From contig MGGH01000036.1 in NCBI GenBank assembly GCA_001792305.1, positions 18,599 through 82,598 of the forward strand: 64,000 bases of DNA, in the 5' to 3' direction. The notes under the pieces are model-generated. The model ran no database searches. It was not told where the DNA came from and was given only the letters and a program-made list of their open reading frames with translations. This stretch comes from Candidatus Woesebacteria bacterium RIFCSPHIGHO2_01_FULL_39_23 (GTDB taxonomy: Bacteria > Patescibacteriota > Microgenomatia > UBA8517). Shown piece by piece: positions 20,029 through 30,556 of this stretch; the stretch's first letter is position 1, and each line of letters starts with the position of its first letter. The translations under genes were made by a program, and so were the position numbers.

Positions 20029-20082
20029 AAGGCCCGCAATGAGCGGAAACCTTTTGTTTATAAGTATTTAAAACAGAGGAAT

Positions 20083-20220
20083 TTATCCTCCAATCTTAAA
20101 CATTGTAGTGCCACAAACTTCACATTTACCTTTCTTTGCTTTCTTTCCATTCTTCATGGTGACATCTACCAAATCCTTACCTTCTCTTTTAGCGCGACAT
20201 TTTACACAGTACATTGACAT
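20083..20220 (-). CDS. Small zinc-ribbon protein (DUF5679-like), 45 aa, not in the ORF track
   Basis: MSMYCVKCRAKRE...MKNGK..KGKCEVCGTTMFKIGG; strong GGAGGTGA SD. Confidence 0.85.
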   Translation of the reverse strand: MSMYCVKCRAKREGKDLVDVTMKNGKKAKKGKCEVCGTTMFKIGG

Positions 20221-20226
20221 TAATTA

Positions 20227-20517
20227 TCACCTCCCCCCGCTTGACTTTAATAAGTATATCACTATCTCTACGCACAAAATAAGGCTAGAGAATATAAGTG
20301 ATTTTACTAAATCTTTATTGTTCCATAAGCTCATGCGTGGATTTGCCGAAGACCTGGCTTTTTTGTCTTTATAGATCTTGTCAGTTTCGTTGAAGCTAGT
20401 GTTTACTAATTCCCCCTTGACAATTTTGCTTTGTGGTAATTTTGGCAAGCTTGGTTCCCATTTGATTAAGAAATCATAATTGGGATTTTCCTTATCTTTT
20501 CTTGTTCTTTTGGACAT
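20227..20517 (-). CDS. Hypothetical protein with C-terminal TM helix
   Basis: 96 aa ORF in line with the downstream small gene. Confidence 0.6.
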   Translation of the reverse strand: MSKRTRKDKENPNYDFLIKWEPSLPKLPQSKIVKGELVNTSFNETDKIYKDKKARSSANPRMSLWNNKDLVKSLIFSSLILCVEIVIYLLKSSGGR

Positions 20518-20673
20518 TTATATTAAAATACATTCTTGACACACCTTTATCAAGATTGTGTATACCCAAAATACTTTGGTTTGCACTCATAAATAGTATT
20601 TTGGGGGATCAAAATCACTTGCGAGAGTTGCAAACTCGAGTAAGTGGAGTTTATACTCCTTTAGCTAAACAAG

Positions 20674-21135
20674 ATGTCGGGACAGGCGATTTTACTAGTA
20701 ATAATAGTATTATGGTTGATTGGTTTAAGTCTAATCTTTTATTGGATTTTGAGACATTATTTGAGGTTGGTAAAAGGGGTCAAAGAAGGCAATTTAAAGA
20801 AAATATTAGATAACATAGTTGACTTAAGCGGCAAAAACAGGAAAGATATAATAAGGCTTGAAAAAGAGCTTGTTTCTTTTAAGGAAGTAAGTAAGCTTTT
20901 TGTCCAAAAAGTAGGCTTGGTTAGATTTAATCCCTTGGGGGACTTTGGCGGAGAGCACAGTTTCTCTCTAGCTATTTTGGATGGGGAGAATCACGGTTTT
21001 GTTATAACAAGCATCCACGCCAGAGAGAGGACAAGAGTTTATATAAAGCCAGTCAAAGACGGAAAAAGTAGATACAAATTGTCGAATGAGGAAGAAAAAG
21101 CTCTAAGAGAGGCGCAGGAGATTATAAAAACATGA
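20674..21135 (+). CDS. DUF4446-like membrane-anchored protein
   Basis: QKVGLVRFNP..GGEHSFSLAILD..GFVITSIHARERTRVYIKP. Confidence 0.85.
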   Translation: MSGQAILLVIIVLWLIGLSLIFYWILRHYLRLVKGVKEGNLKKILDNIVDLSGKNRKDIIRLEKELVSFKEVSKLFVQKVGLVRFNPLGDFGGEHSFSLAILDGENHGFVITSIHARERTRVYIKPVKDGKSRYKLSNEEEKALREAQEIIKT

Positions 21136-22358
21136 AAGTTAAGGAATTAATAGCTTCACAAAAGGCAACTTTTTTATTAGGCCTTTTGGGGCTGTATTTA
21201 GTTTCAGCTGGTACATCTTGGGCAGTGTTTAGTTTATTGAAAGGGGGCTCTGGAGAGAGCTCCCCCATTATGGATACAAGCGAGTTGGAGTCTGCGCGAT
21301 CAAAGATTACAGAGCTTCCAAAAACAGAAAAGTGTCCCATAAATGGAAAGCTTTTTACTAAGCCGGAGAAAACTATTTGGGAAGGAAGGCGCCCAATAAC
21401 GGTCATGATTGAAAATCATGTGGACTCGAGACCTCCAGAAGGCTTGTCGAAGGCAGATGTTGTTTATGAGGCAGTGGCTGAAGGCGGTATAACAAGATTT
21501 TTGGGAGTTTTCTATTGCGGTGTGGCAGGAACCGAAGTAGAAGTGGCGCCTGTTAGATCAGTTAGAGTTTATTTTATAGATTGGGCATCTGAATATGGTG
21601 AATACCCAATTTTTATGCATGTGGGTGGAGCAAATGACTTTGGTGGTTTTGGAGATACGGTGAAGGAAGCCCGTGCCCTTGAACTTTTGGCGACAATTGG
21701 CTGGAGAGTACCGAAAGGCAACGATTTTGATACGATATATGATTCGGGTGTTCCTGTGTTTAGACGCAACCCAGGTAGATTAAAGAGCGTAGGTAAAGAA
21801 GATATAGCTGTTGAGCACACAATGGTTGCAAACCTTGACAGGGCTTATGAGGAGGCCGAGAAACGTGGGTATGGAGCAAAAGGTTCCGAGGGAGATAGTT
21901 GGGATAAGTCATTTATTTCTTGGACTTTTAGTAATGAAAAACCACTATCGAGTCCAAAAGTTAGCGAAATTTCATTCGAGTTTTGGTCTAACAAGCCAGA
22001 ATACGAAGTAAAATGGACATATAATAAAGATAATAACAGTTACTTACGGTTTAATGGGGAGGTTAAGCACACCGATTTAGCTTTTGAAAATACGCAAATA
22101 ACAAGCAAAAACGTAGTTATTGTGTTTTTAACAGAGCGCGGCCCTGTTGACAGAAATAAGCATATGTTATATACCACAACGGGAGAAGGTAAAGCTTTGA
22201 TTTATCAAAATGGCGACGAGGTAGAAGCCACATGGAAGAAGAAATCAAGAACGGATAGAACCAGGTTTTATGACGCCAAAGGAAAAGAAATTAACTTTGT
22301 GGAAGGTGAGATTTGGATAGAAGCTGTGCCTAAAGGTAACAAAGTGAATGTTAAGTAA
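21132..22358 (+). CDS. DUF3048-family exported protein
   Basis: RPITVMIENH..RP..GLSKADVVYE..AEGGITRF, PVRS.R. Confidence 0.9.
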   Translation: MKVKELIASQKATFLLGLLGLYLVSAGTSWAVFSLLKGGSGESSPIMDTSELESARSKITELPKTEKCPINGKLFTKPEKTIWEGRRPITVMIENHVDSRPPEGLSKADVVYEAVAEGGITRFLGVFYCGVAGTEVEVAPVRSVRVYFIDWASEYGEYPIFMHVGGANDFGGFGDTVKEARALELLATIGWRVPKGNDFDTIYDSGVPVFRRNPGRLKSVGKEDIAVEHTMVANLDRAYEEAEKRGYGAKGSEGDSWDKSFISWTFSNEKPLSSPKVSEISFEFWSNKPEYEVKWTYNKDNNSYLRFNGEVKHTDLAFENTQITSKNVVIVFLTERGPVDRNKHMLYTTTGEGKALIYQNGDEVEATWKKKSRTDRTRFYDAKGKEINFVEGEIWIEAVPKGNKVNVK

Positions 22359-22394
22359 GGTATAATTAATATATTGCTGCCCCATGGGAAGAAA

Positions 22395-22979
22395 ATGGCC
22401 GAGCTTTCAGACATAATAACTTCAAAAGTGAGAATAAAGATTTTGCGGCTGTTCTTTTCTAATCCATCGGAGATGTACCATGTACGGGGGATAGTCCGTG
22501 AAGTGAACGAGGAAATTAATGCAGTAAGAAGAGAACTCGAGAGATTGGAAAAGGCTGGGATTTTGAAAAAAGAAGCAAGGGGAAACAGAATTTACTATTG
22601 GGTCAGAGATGATTACCCAATGTTTGGAGATCTTATATCAATGGTTGCAAAGTCAACAGGGCTTGGTTTGCAAATTCTCTCTAATAAGTCAAAGCTTGGC
22701 AAAATTTCTTTTGTAATGTTTTCGGGAAGGTTTGTCCGTTACAAAAAAAGGAAAAAAGAAGATGATGTGGATATTCTACTTACGGGAGAAGTGACTTTAC
22801 CAGAATTGGCTGCTTTGATTCGAGCAGAGGAAACCAGAAGAAATATGGAGATTAATTATGCTGTAATGAGTAAAGAGGAATTCGATTTTAGAAAGAAAAG
22901 AAGGGATCCGTTTGTCCAAAACATTCTTCTGGGTAGCCGTGTAATGATAATTGGGGACGAGGAGGATTTGGTTTCCTAA
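22395..22979 (+). CDS. Winged-HTH protein with nucleotidyltransferase-like C-terminal domain
   Basis: SKVRIKILRLFF..INAVRREL, then DVDILLTG..EINY. Confidence 0.8.
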   Translation: MAELSDIITSKVRIKILRLFFSNPSEMYHVRGIVREVNEEINAVRRELERLEKAGILKKEARGNRIYYWVRDDYPMFGDLISMVAKSTGLGLQILSNKSKLGKISFVMFSGRFVRYKKRKKEDDVDILLTGEVTLPELAALIRAEETRRNMEINYAVMSKEEFDFRKKRRDPFVQNILLGSRVMIIGDEEDLVS

Positions 22980-24308
22980 ATGTCTGCTTCAAAAAATTTA
23001 AAAAAGATACTTTTAATTTTAGCTTTAACAATGCTAGCGTTGCTTATTGACTTACCAAAAGAGTTAAACGTTAATTTTGACCTCGGTCCAGTTAAAATCG
23101 ATCAAAAAGTAAAAAGGCTAGATTTGGGCATAAATTTAGGAAGATTTTCTTTTAGAAGAAGTTTAGATTTAGTTCTGGGATTGGATTTGGCCGGAGGGAG
23201 TCATTTGGTCTTCGAGGCAGACAGTAGCGGACTGGACCAGGAAAAAAGAAAATTGGCACTGGACGGGCTTAAAAGTGTAGTCGAGCGTAGAGTTAATCTT
23301 TTTGGTGTGTCGGAGCCAAATGTGTTGGTCTCTTCATTTGAAGGTAAAGACAGATTGATCATAGAGTTACCAGGTGTTAAAAATACCAAAGAGGCAATAG
23401 ATATTATTGGGAAAACAGCGAAGCTTGTATTTTCAACCATTAGTGGGGAAGGAGAGAATATAAATTTTATCCCGACAAATCTTTCCGGTTCAGATCTAGC
23501 TGACGCAAGGGTGTCATATGAATCGACTACGGGGCGCCCTGTTGTATCAATTAAGTTTACAAATGAAGGTGCAGAAAAATTTGCTAAAATTACTGAAGAA
23601 AACGTAGGTAAACCTTTAAGTATTTTACTTGATAGTGAGTTAATTTCTTCTCCAATTGTCCAGGAAAAAATAACAGGGGGTGCGGCACAAATTTCGGGAG
23701 ACTTTACATTGGACGAGGCAAGAAATTTTGCAATTCAGCTAACCGCTGGTGCACTTCCTGTTTCAATTAAAGTAGTTGAGGAACGAACTGTTGGCCCAAC
23801 TTTAGGTGAGGAGTCTGTCAAAAAGAGTATTGAAGCTGGACTTCTGGGTCTTGGTATGGTTTTGATTTTTATGATGGTAGTTTACGGCAGACTTGGGGTT
23901 GTAGCAAGCATTGGACTTGTCATTTTTGGAATACTGTCTTTGGCCCTTTATAAATTAATTCCAGTTGTTATTACGCTACCGGGAATTGCGGGTTTTCTTT
24001 TGTCTGTCGGAATGGCAGTCGACGCTAATATTCTAATTTTTGAGAGATTTAAGGAGGAGAAGGGGAGAAGAAATACAGCTGATGCATTGGAAGAGTCATT
24101 TGGGCGAGCGTGGGATTCAATTAGAGATGCTAATATTGCCACTTTAATTACGGCGTTTATACTTGCCAACCCGTTCGATTGGAGCTTTTTGCATACGTCA
24201 GGGCCTGTTCGCGGGTTTGCAATTACACTTGCTCTTGGAATAGCGATTGGCTTATTTACTGGAATTTTTGTTTCAAGAAATTTGTTGCGGTTATTTATTA
24301 AAAGGTAG
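22980..24308 (+). CDS. secD: Protein translocase subunit SecD
   Basis: LGLDLAGG, RVNLFGVSEP, AGALP, GMAVDANILIFER. Confidence 0.97.
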   Translation: MSASKNLKKILLILALTMLALLIDLPKELNVNFDLGPVKIDQKVKRLDLGINLGRFSFRRSLDLVLGLDLAGGSHLVFEADSSGLDQEKRKLALDGLKSVVERRVNLFGVSEPNVLVSSFEGKDRLIIELPGVKNTKEAIDIIGKTAKLVFSTISGEGENINFIPTNLSGSDLADARVSYESTTGRPVVSIKFTNEGAEKFAKITEENVGKPLSILLDSELISSPIVQEKITGGAAQISGDFTLDEARNFAIQLTAGALPVSIKVVEERTVGPTLGEESVKKSIEAGLLGLGMVLIFMMVVYGRLGVVASIGLVIFGILSLALYKLIPVVITLPGIAGFLLSVGMAVDANILIFERFKEEKGRRNTADALEESFGRAWDSIRDANIATLITAFILANPFDWSFLHTSGPVRGFAITLALGIAIGLFTGIFVSRNLLRLFIKR

Positions 24309-24313
24309 CTTTT

Positions 24314-25210
24314 ATGAGTTGGATGAAGTTCAAAATGATTTATTTTGCGATTTCGCTATTGTTTATTGGTATTGGTATTTATTCTCTGACTAGTTGGGGT
24401 CTAAGGGTTGGAATTGATTTTACAGGCGGAGCGCTTGTTGAATATAAATTTGGTCGCGAAATCTCAACGGAAAGTGCGCTTAAAAAAACTCAAGATCTAG
24501 GCATTAAAGTATCTTCTATTCAGGAAACAGGGGATAAGACTTATCTTTTTAAGCTTGGCAGTTTAGAGAGCGTTGATAGGGAGAAAATAAAAAATGCTCT
24601 TAAAGAGGATTCTGAAGGGAATATAGAGGAAATTAAATTCGAAAACGTTGGTCCCTCAGTCGGTAAAGATTTGATTAAAAAGACGACTTATGCGATAGGA
24701 GTAGCATCAGTTGGAATATTGCTTTGGATCGCTTATCAATTCAAAAGTATTAAGTACGGTGCATGTGCCATTTTGGCTATGTTTCATGACAGTCTTGTCT
24801 TGATCGGTTTATTTTCACTTTTAGGAAAAGTTTTCGGTGCGGAAGTAGATTTCCTTTTTGTGACGGCATTACTTACTACATTATCCTTTTCAGTACATGA
24901 TACTATTGTTGTTTATGACAGAATAAGGGAGGCACAAAAGAAGTACAGTGATGATTTGGTTAGTCTTGCTAATAAGGCATTGTCCGAGACAATGGTACGC
25001 TCGTTAAATAATTCTTTCACGATAATTTTTATGCTTGTTGCCTTGATATTATTTGGAGGTGTTACGATCCGCTGGTTTGCAGTTGCACTTCTGATTGGCA
25101 CAATTTCCGGTACTTACTCTTCCCCTTTCGTTGCTGTACCATTATTGATTACTTGGGATAGCCTATTTAATAAATTTAAAAACAAGTTTAGAAAACACAG
25201 ACTTTACTAA
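24314..25210 (+). CDS. secF: Protein translocase subunit SecF
   Basis: GIDFTGG, VGPSVG, SVHDTIVVYDRIRE, GTYSS. Confidence 0.97.
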   Translation: MSWMKFKMIYFAISLLFIGIGIYSLTSWGLRVGIDFTGGALVEYKFGREISTESALKKTQDLGIKVSSIQETGDKTYLFKLGSLESVDREKIKNALKEDSEGNIEEIKFENVGPSVGKDLIKKTTYAIGVASVGILLWIAYQFKSIKYGACAILAMFHDSLVLIGLFSLLGKVFGAEVDFLFVTALLTTLSFSVHDTIVVYDRIREAQKKYSDDLVSLANKALSETMVRSLNNSFTIIFMLVALILFGGVTIRWFAVALLIGTISGTYSSPFVAVPLLITWDSLFNKFKNKFRKHRLY

Positions 25211-25243
25211 TCGCCACGCTGAGATGCAATTAGTGTTTGATGC

Positions 25244-25549
25244 TTATAGATTACTGTTGTTTAGTGATAAGCGAGGATCTATTACTTTCTGCACGAGTTC
25301 CTCTGCCTCTTCCCTACTTATCTGATACGTATCCATTATTGCCTGTATACCCGCATTAGTCTGAAGAATAATATCTCTGAATATACCATCCTGACGCATG
25401 GCTTGTATTTCAGCTGTAGGATTTAATCCACTTGTTAATGCGCTGGCACCTGCATCACTATATTCTCCACCTCCCATTTGAGCAGCTTTTTTAACGAAGG
25501 CAAGCCGATCTTTTAATTTAATTCTCCTATCCGTATCTACCTCTCCCAT
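25244..25549 (-). CDS. Hypothetical protein
   Basis: 101 aa ORF filling the gap between secF and cca. Confidence 0.6.
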   Translation of the reverse strand: MGEVDTDRRIKLKDRLAFVKKAAQMGGGEYSDAGASALTSGLNPTAEIQAMRQDGIFRDIILQTNAGIQAIMDTYQISREEAEELVQKVIDPRLSLNNSNL

Positions 25550-25580
25550 AAATGGTAAATTACTAAAACAGGGCCAATTA

Positions 25581-26939
25581 TCAAGAAAAAGTGGATTTTA
25601 GTTCTTTAATTCTTTTTAGCAAAGTATCTCTGCTATTTTCGATTTTTTTCTCTACCACTTTCTCAAAAAGATTATTTAATATTTCCCCGACCTTTGGTCC
25701 TGGGCGAAGTCGGAGGGTTTTCATTACATCGTTTCCGTCAATTTTAAGATCCCGAACAGTAAAAGGCTGTTTTTGAACCTCAATTAATCTTCTTTTGAAT
25801 TCTTCCAGTCTCCAAGAAGTTTCTCTTGCTCCCCCTCCAAGTCTATCTGCCACCCGAAGCATTAAAATATCGGGAATATTTTCCTTGCCAACGTTTCGGA
25901 TGAAACGTCTAAGCGCTGAATCTGTCTGGTTTTCATTAACCGAAAACATATGCCAGCGCACAAGTTTTAAGAGTTTATTTTTGTCTTTGTTTGAAAGTTT
26001 AAGTCTGTCGGCGATTTTAGCAGCTATTTTGGTGCTTACGACTTCATGGTTATAAAAAGTTATCGTTCCGTCTTCGATTTTTTTAAAAGTCCTCGCTTTT
26101 CCAATATCATGGATCAAAGTGGCTAGTCTTGTTATTGGATCATCCGAATTGCAGTATTTTAGGGCCATTACCAGATGGGTACCAACATCGAAGGTATGGT
26201 GTCTTCCTGGTGACTTTTGTTCTACTCCAAAGTTTTCTTCGAGTTCTGGTAGTATTTCGTGCATCAGGCTTGAGCTTTTAAAGATAACAATTCCTTCAAA
26301 AGAGAAACTGGATGAAATGGTTTTTAATAATTCATCGCGAACTCGCTCAGCAGCAATTTCATTAATTAAATTAGAGTGCATCTTGATCGCTTCGAAAGTT
26401 TTTTCTTCGATTGTAAAACCTAACTGGGATGCGATTCGGATAGCTCTCATCATTCGTAGAGCGTCCTCGTTAAATCGCTCATTAGCGTTTCCTACTGCTT
26501 TCACCACTTTGTTTTTAAGGTCATTTTGTCCTTCAAATAAATCTATTATTTTAATACCCATTCCATCGAGTTTTATTGCAAGAGCATTTATAGTAAAATC
26601 TCTCCTTTTAAGGTCTTCTTCCAGAGACTTTCCCCAGAGCACTTTATCGGGACGTCTGTGGTCGCTGTATCCATGCTCGGTTCTGTATGTCGTTACTTCG
26701 TGTGGCTTAAATCCTGACTCGCTATTTATTCCAACTGTCCCGTAATTATTATCATAAAAAGAGTCTTTAAAAATTTTTAGTATATCTTCAGGTGTAGCAT
26801 TGGTTGTAAAATCCCAGTCGATGACCGGACGTCCCGTAAGCAAATCCCGTACTGCTCCACCTACAATGTAGACTTCGTAGCCATTATTCTCAATTTTTTT
26901 GTAAATTTTGATTACCTCTTCTGGTAACTTAGTTTCCAT
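25581..26939 (-). CDS. cca: CCA-adding tRNA nucleotidyltransferase with HD domain
   Basis: VGGAVRD..DWDFTT, DLKRRDFTINA, EDALRMMRA, HDIGK. Confidence 0.93.
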   Translation of the reverse strand: METKLPEEVIKIYKKIENNGYEVYIVGGAVRDLLTGRPVIDWDFTTNATPEDILKIFKDSFYDNNYGTVGINSESGFKPHEVTTYRTEHGYSDHRRPDKVLWGKSLEEDLKRRDFTINALAIKLDGMGIKIIDLFEGQNDLKNKVVKAVGNANERFNEDALRMMRAIRIASQLGFTIEEKTFEAIKMHSNLINEIAAERVRDELLKTISSSFSFEGIVIFKSSSLMHEILPELEENFGVEQKSPGRHHTFDVGTHLVMALKYCNSDDPITRLATLIHDIGKARTFKKIEDGTITFYNHEVVSTKIAAKIADRLKLSNKDKNKLLKLVRWHMFSVNENQTDSALRRFIRNVGKENIPDILMLRVADRLGGGARETSWRLEEFKRRLIEVQKQPFTVRDLKIDGNDVMKTLRLRPGPKVGEILNNLFEKVVEKKIENSRDTLLKRIKELKSTFS

Positions 26940-26957
26940 TAAGATAAATTATACGAT

Positions 26958-28595
26958 ATGGAGAGTGTTAAGTGGGAGATTTTAAATAAAAATAAAAACG
27001 TGGATATTGTGAAGACTCTTCTGACTAATCGTGGAATTAAAACAAAAAAACAGCAAGTAGAATTTTTGGATCCAAAGCATCCTAATGACTTTAGATTAAA
27101 AGAATTAAAAATAGATAAGACCCAGGTTGGAAAGACAATCCGGAGAATTAACACGGCAATTGCAAAGAAAGAAAAAATTGTTGTTTACGGGGACTACGAT
27201 GCCGACGGAGTTTGTGCAACAGCGATAGTGTGGGAAGCTTTATGGGACTTAAAGGCTGATGTTATGCCTTATATTCCTGAAAGATTTTCCGAGGGGTACG
27301 GTTTAAATGCAAAAAGTGTCGAAAAGCTTAAAATTAAGTATCCAAATCTTAAGTTAATAATTACTGTTGATAATGGAATTGTTGCCGCAAACGCAGTATC
27401 AACTGCTACTAAACTTGGCGTAGATGTAATAATTACAGACCATCATGAAAAAGGCGAAACTTACCCAAAGGATGCATATTCGATTATTCATACCAAAGAA
27501 ATTGGCGGTGCGGGTATAGCTTGGGTAGTTTCGCGAGAGATTAATGGGGTATTTGCGATCGACCAACTGGATATAACCGCTATCGGGACAATTGCCGACC
27601 AGCTTCCTTTAGTTGGACCAAATAGAAGTTTTGCTAAATACGGCATCCTCACTTTGCGAGAAACAAAAAGACCGGGGTTAAGAGAAATTTGTAATCTTGC
27701 TACAATTGATCCTAAAACCATTGATACATATCATGTGAACTTTATGATTGCTCCGCGAATTAACGCTATGGGCAGACTTGCACATGCCATTGAATCACTC
27801 AGATTGCTGTGTACAAAAAGTCCAGCAAAGGCTCTTGAACTATCTACTTTGCTCGAGAAAACCAACAGAGATAGGCAAAACTTAGTTGAGGAAATGGTAA
27901 TTGACGCAAAAGAGAAAGCATTAAAGACCAATGAAAAAATAATAATTTTACATAGTGATAATTACCACGAAGGAGTAATTGGACTAGCGGCAAGCCGACT
28001 AGTAGAAGAATTTTACCGGCCGTCCATTGTTTTATCAATTAGAGGCGATATTGCAAAAGCCTCGGCCAGATCTGTTAGTGGTTTTAACATCATTAAGGCA
28101 ATTAGGTTAGTAAATGAATACTTGATCGAAGGTGGGGGGCACGAAATGGCCGCCGGGTTTTCAATAGAGACCAAAAATATTGAAATTTTTACACAACAAC
28201 TTATTCGCAAAACTAGAGAATTTTTGACAGAAGATTTGCTCCAAAAGAAGCTCAAAATAGATTTGGAGTTAGATCTGCCGGATTTAAATTTTGATTTAGT
28301 TGATAGAATTAGACAGCTCGAGCCATTCGGAATCGGCAACCCAAGCCCCACTTTTTTAACAAAAAAAGTCCAAGTTGTCGATTTCAGAACAGTTGGAGGT
28401 GAAGGCAAACATTTGAAACTCACCCTTTCTAAAGATGGTATTAAAGTCAATGCAATAGCTTTTGGAAGGGGTAATTTGGCCGTAGCAATTATTCCTGGTC
28501 AGACAGTAGATGTTGTTTATACACCAGAGGAAAATGTTTGGATCGGAAAGCGAGAGATTCAAGTAAAAATCAAGGACATAAGGACAAACTCGTAA
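26958..28595 (+). CDS. recJ: ssDNA exonuclease RecJ
   Basis: YGDYDADG, ITVDNG, TDHH, GGGHEMAAG, LEPFGIGNP. Confidence 0.97.
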   Translation: MESVKWEILNKNKNVDIVKTLLTNRGIKTKKQQVEFLDPKHPNDFRLKELKIDKTQVGKTIRRINTAIAKKEKIVVYGDYDADGVCATAIVWEALWDLKADVMPYIPERFSEGYGLNAKSVEKLKIKYPNLKLIITVDNGIVAANAVSTATKLGVDVIITDHHEKGETYPKDAYSIIHTKEIGGAGIAWVVSREINGVFAIDQLDITAIGTIADQLPLVGPNRSFAKYGILTLRETKRPGLREICNLATIDPKTIDTYHVNFMIAPRINAMGRLAHAIESLRLLCTKSPAKALELSTLLEKTNRDRQNLVEEMVIDAKEKALKTNEKIIILHSDNYHEGVIGLAASRLVEEFYRPSIVLSIRGDIAKASARSVSGFNIIKAIRLVNEYLIEGGGHEMAAGFSIETKNIEIFTQQLIRKTREFLTEDLLQKKLKIDLELDLPDLNFDLVDRIRQLEPFGIGNPSPTFLTKKVQVVDFRTVGGEGKHLKLTLSKDGIKVNAIAFGRGNLAVAIIPGQTVDVVYTPEENVWIGKREIQVKIKDIRTNS

Positions 28596-28596
28596 C

Positions 28597-29100
28597 TTAA
28601 TGTCCGTATTTTTTCAAAAAATTGACGACCTCTTTTACTTTCATGTATTTAATCAACATTTTTTGGTTCTCATTACATAATTTGTTTAGAGCGTTGTAAA
28701 ATAATTTTCCGTTTTTGGCGTCCCTTACAATTATTAAATCCTTTTTAACCTTTAAACAAATCGCGGCTTCATTAAGAGTTCCTAATGACCCCGCTATGGA
28801 TATAACTAAGTCTGCTGTTACTGATACCAGAGTATCCCTAGTTATTCTTAACCCAGTTGTAAGTGCAATGTCGATGAACTTATTGGCATCAGTTTTTTGA
28901 GTTTCAGGAAGAATGCCTATTGTTAAAACTCCACTTTTCTTTGCACCCCTTGCTGCAGCTTCCATTATTCCAGTCATACCGCCACAAATAAGCACATGGT
29001 TTGATGGATTTAGCGCAGATCCTACCTGTAACGCTATTTGATAATCTTTACTTTTTCTTGGCACTCCTGCTCCGCCGATAATTGTAATATTTCTGTACAT
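28597..29100 (-). CDS. LOG/SLOG-family nucleotide-binding protein (TIGR00725-like)
   Basis: CGGMTGIMEAAARGAK..TIGILP, GSLGTLNE. Confidence 0.88.
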   Translation of the reverse strand: MYRNITIIGGAGVPRKSKDYQIALQVGSALNPSNHVLICGGMTGIMEAAARGAKKSGVLTIGILPETQKTDANKFIDIALTTGLRITRDTLVSVTADLVISIAGSLGTLNEAAICLKVKKDLIIVRDAKNGKLFYNALNKLCNENQKMLIKYMKVKEVVNFLKKYGH

Positions 29101-29106
29101 ACGTAT

Positions 29107-29670
29107 TTAAGATAGTTCCAAGTACTCTTCGCGATCTCTAAAAGGAAAGTTGCTTAGTTTTAATCTTTTAAATTGTGTTGGATAATATTTTTTAAAGTCG
29201 GACCATTTTTTATCAGAATCTATTTTAATAATTCTTTTATTGTAGGGAGTTGGGAGGCGTCTTGTTATTGAATACATTATCTTGTGTTTAGAAGGCATAA
29301 ATATGCATAATCCTGCGGTAATAAAATGATCTGGGTGGCTACCCCACATGTCTGGAATAAACAAGGTATCAGATTTGTTTACATTCTTTTTTAACTTTAA
29401 ATAAATCGACAATTTATCTGTATTCGAAAGTCCACCGTCTGGAAAGTTTAAATATACAATGTTTGAGTCTTTAATATTATTGTCTAAACAGAATTTTTTC
29501 GTTTCTAGTTTTCTGGCATTTTTATATTCGTCTGGTTCCATATCGATATATGCGAACTGTTTACCTCCATCCGTGACAACAATCACTTTGTCGATTTTGC
29601 CGCTAATTATTTGACTGTAACAGCCGATAAACTCGTCATCATAGTGGGGTGATACTATAACGTTAGCCAT
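29107..29670 (-). CDS. PIG-L/LmbE-family deacetylase
   Basis: SPHYDDEFIG, LNFPDG, HPDH. Confidence 0.9.
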   Translation of the reverse strand: MANVIVSPHYDDEFIGCYSQIISGKIDKVIVVTDGGKQFAYIDMEPDEYKNARKLETKKFCLDNNIKDSNIVYLNFPDGGLSNTDKLSIYLKLKKNVNKSDTLFIPDMWGSHPDHFITAGLCIFMPSKHKIMYSITRRLPTPYNKRIIKIDSDKKWSDFKKYYPTQFKRLKLSNFPFRDREEYLELS

Positions 29671-30556
29671 TATACTTTTCCTCCAAAATATTTGAGATAT
29701 GCTCGATATGTCTTAAGCAAATAATGATCATTTTTCTGGTTTTATCTTCATCTAAAGATATAATTTCGGTCTGTTTTCGAAAACCCCATCTTTCGTACTC
29801 TTTCGATATGTGGTTAACCCACCAATTATATATTTCATATAGATGTTTAATAGATGAATCGTTCTGTTTATATTCTTCTAGATACTTCTTAAAAATTCTA
29901 TTTTTACCAGAAACAAGAATACCGTCATAAGCAAGGCGTGCTTTTTGTGAAAAAATCAGAGATACACACGCCCAACGTAAATGGTCATCTAAACCTTTTG
30001 CAATATCAGTTGTAACCTGAACAGTATTGCCAGCTCTATCTCCAATCATTCTCTTGATTACGCCAGGTTTTGACATATATTTTGAGTCGTATATCATTTG
30101 TCGTACCCCTCTTTTAAGCTCATTAACTAGTTGCAGCGACACAGTCTTTATGTGTGGATGTATTAATTCTTTAAGGATGTTTTTGCCATAAATGACTCGA
30201 GCATGTTTAAAGTAGTCGTATATAAAAAGACTTCTCAATAGAGAATACCCAAAGTTTTTTTTCCTTGGTAGCTCATCATAGCCATACGTATAAATATCGA
30301 TCGGTACTTTAAACTCTTCAACGTATTTTTCGTGTATTTTATATATAAGTTTTAATTTGTTTAAATCAATTTGATGTCGAGGTGTTTTTACGACGATCAT
30401 TAGGTCTATGTTACTATTTTCAGAAATATAAGTGTTGTTGGTAGTACTACCATATAAGACAATGGAAACTATCCAATCATTCGTGACTCTATTTAGTAAT
30501 CTGGAGGTTAACTCTTTTACTACCTTTGACTGATTAATTTTTTTGGTTTTTGGCAT
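29663..30556 (-). CDS. Pol-beta superfamily nucleotidyltransferase-domain protein
   Basis: IVLYGS....SNIDLMIV with a helical C-terminal domain; first Asp of DxD reads Asn. Confidence 0.7.
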   Translation of the reverse strand: MPKTKKINQSKVVKELTSRLLNRVTNDWIVSIVLYGSTTNNTYISENSNIDLMIVVKTPRHQIDLNKLKLIYKIHEKYVEEFKVPIDIYTYGYDELPRKKNFGYSLLRSLFIYDYFKHARVIYGKNILKELIHPHIKTVSLQLVNELKRGVRQMIYDSKYMSKPGVIKRMIGDRAGNTVQVTTDIAKGLDDHLRWACVSLIFSQKARLAYDGILVSGKNRIFKKYLEEYKQNDSSIKHLYEIYNWWVNHISKEYERWGFRKQTEIISLDEDKTRKMIIICLRHIEHISNILEEKYNG

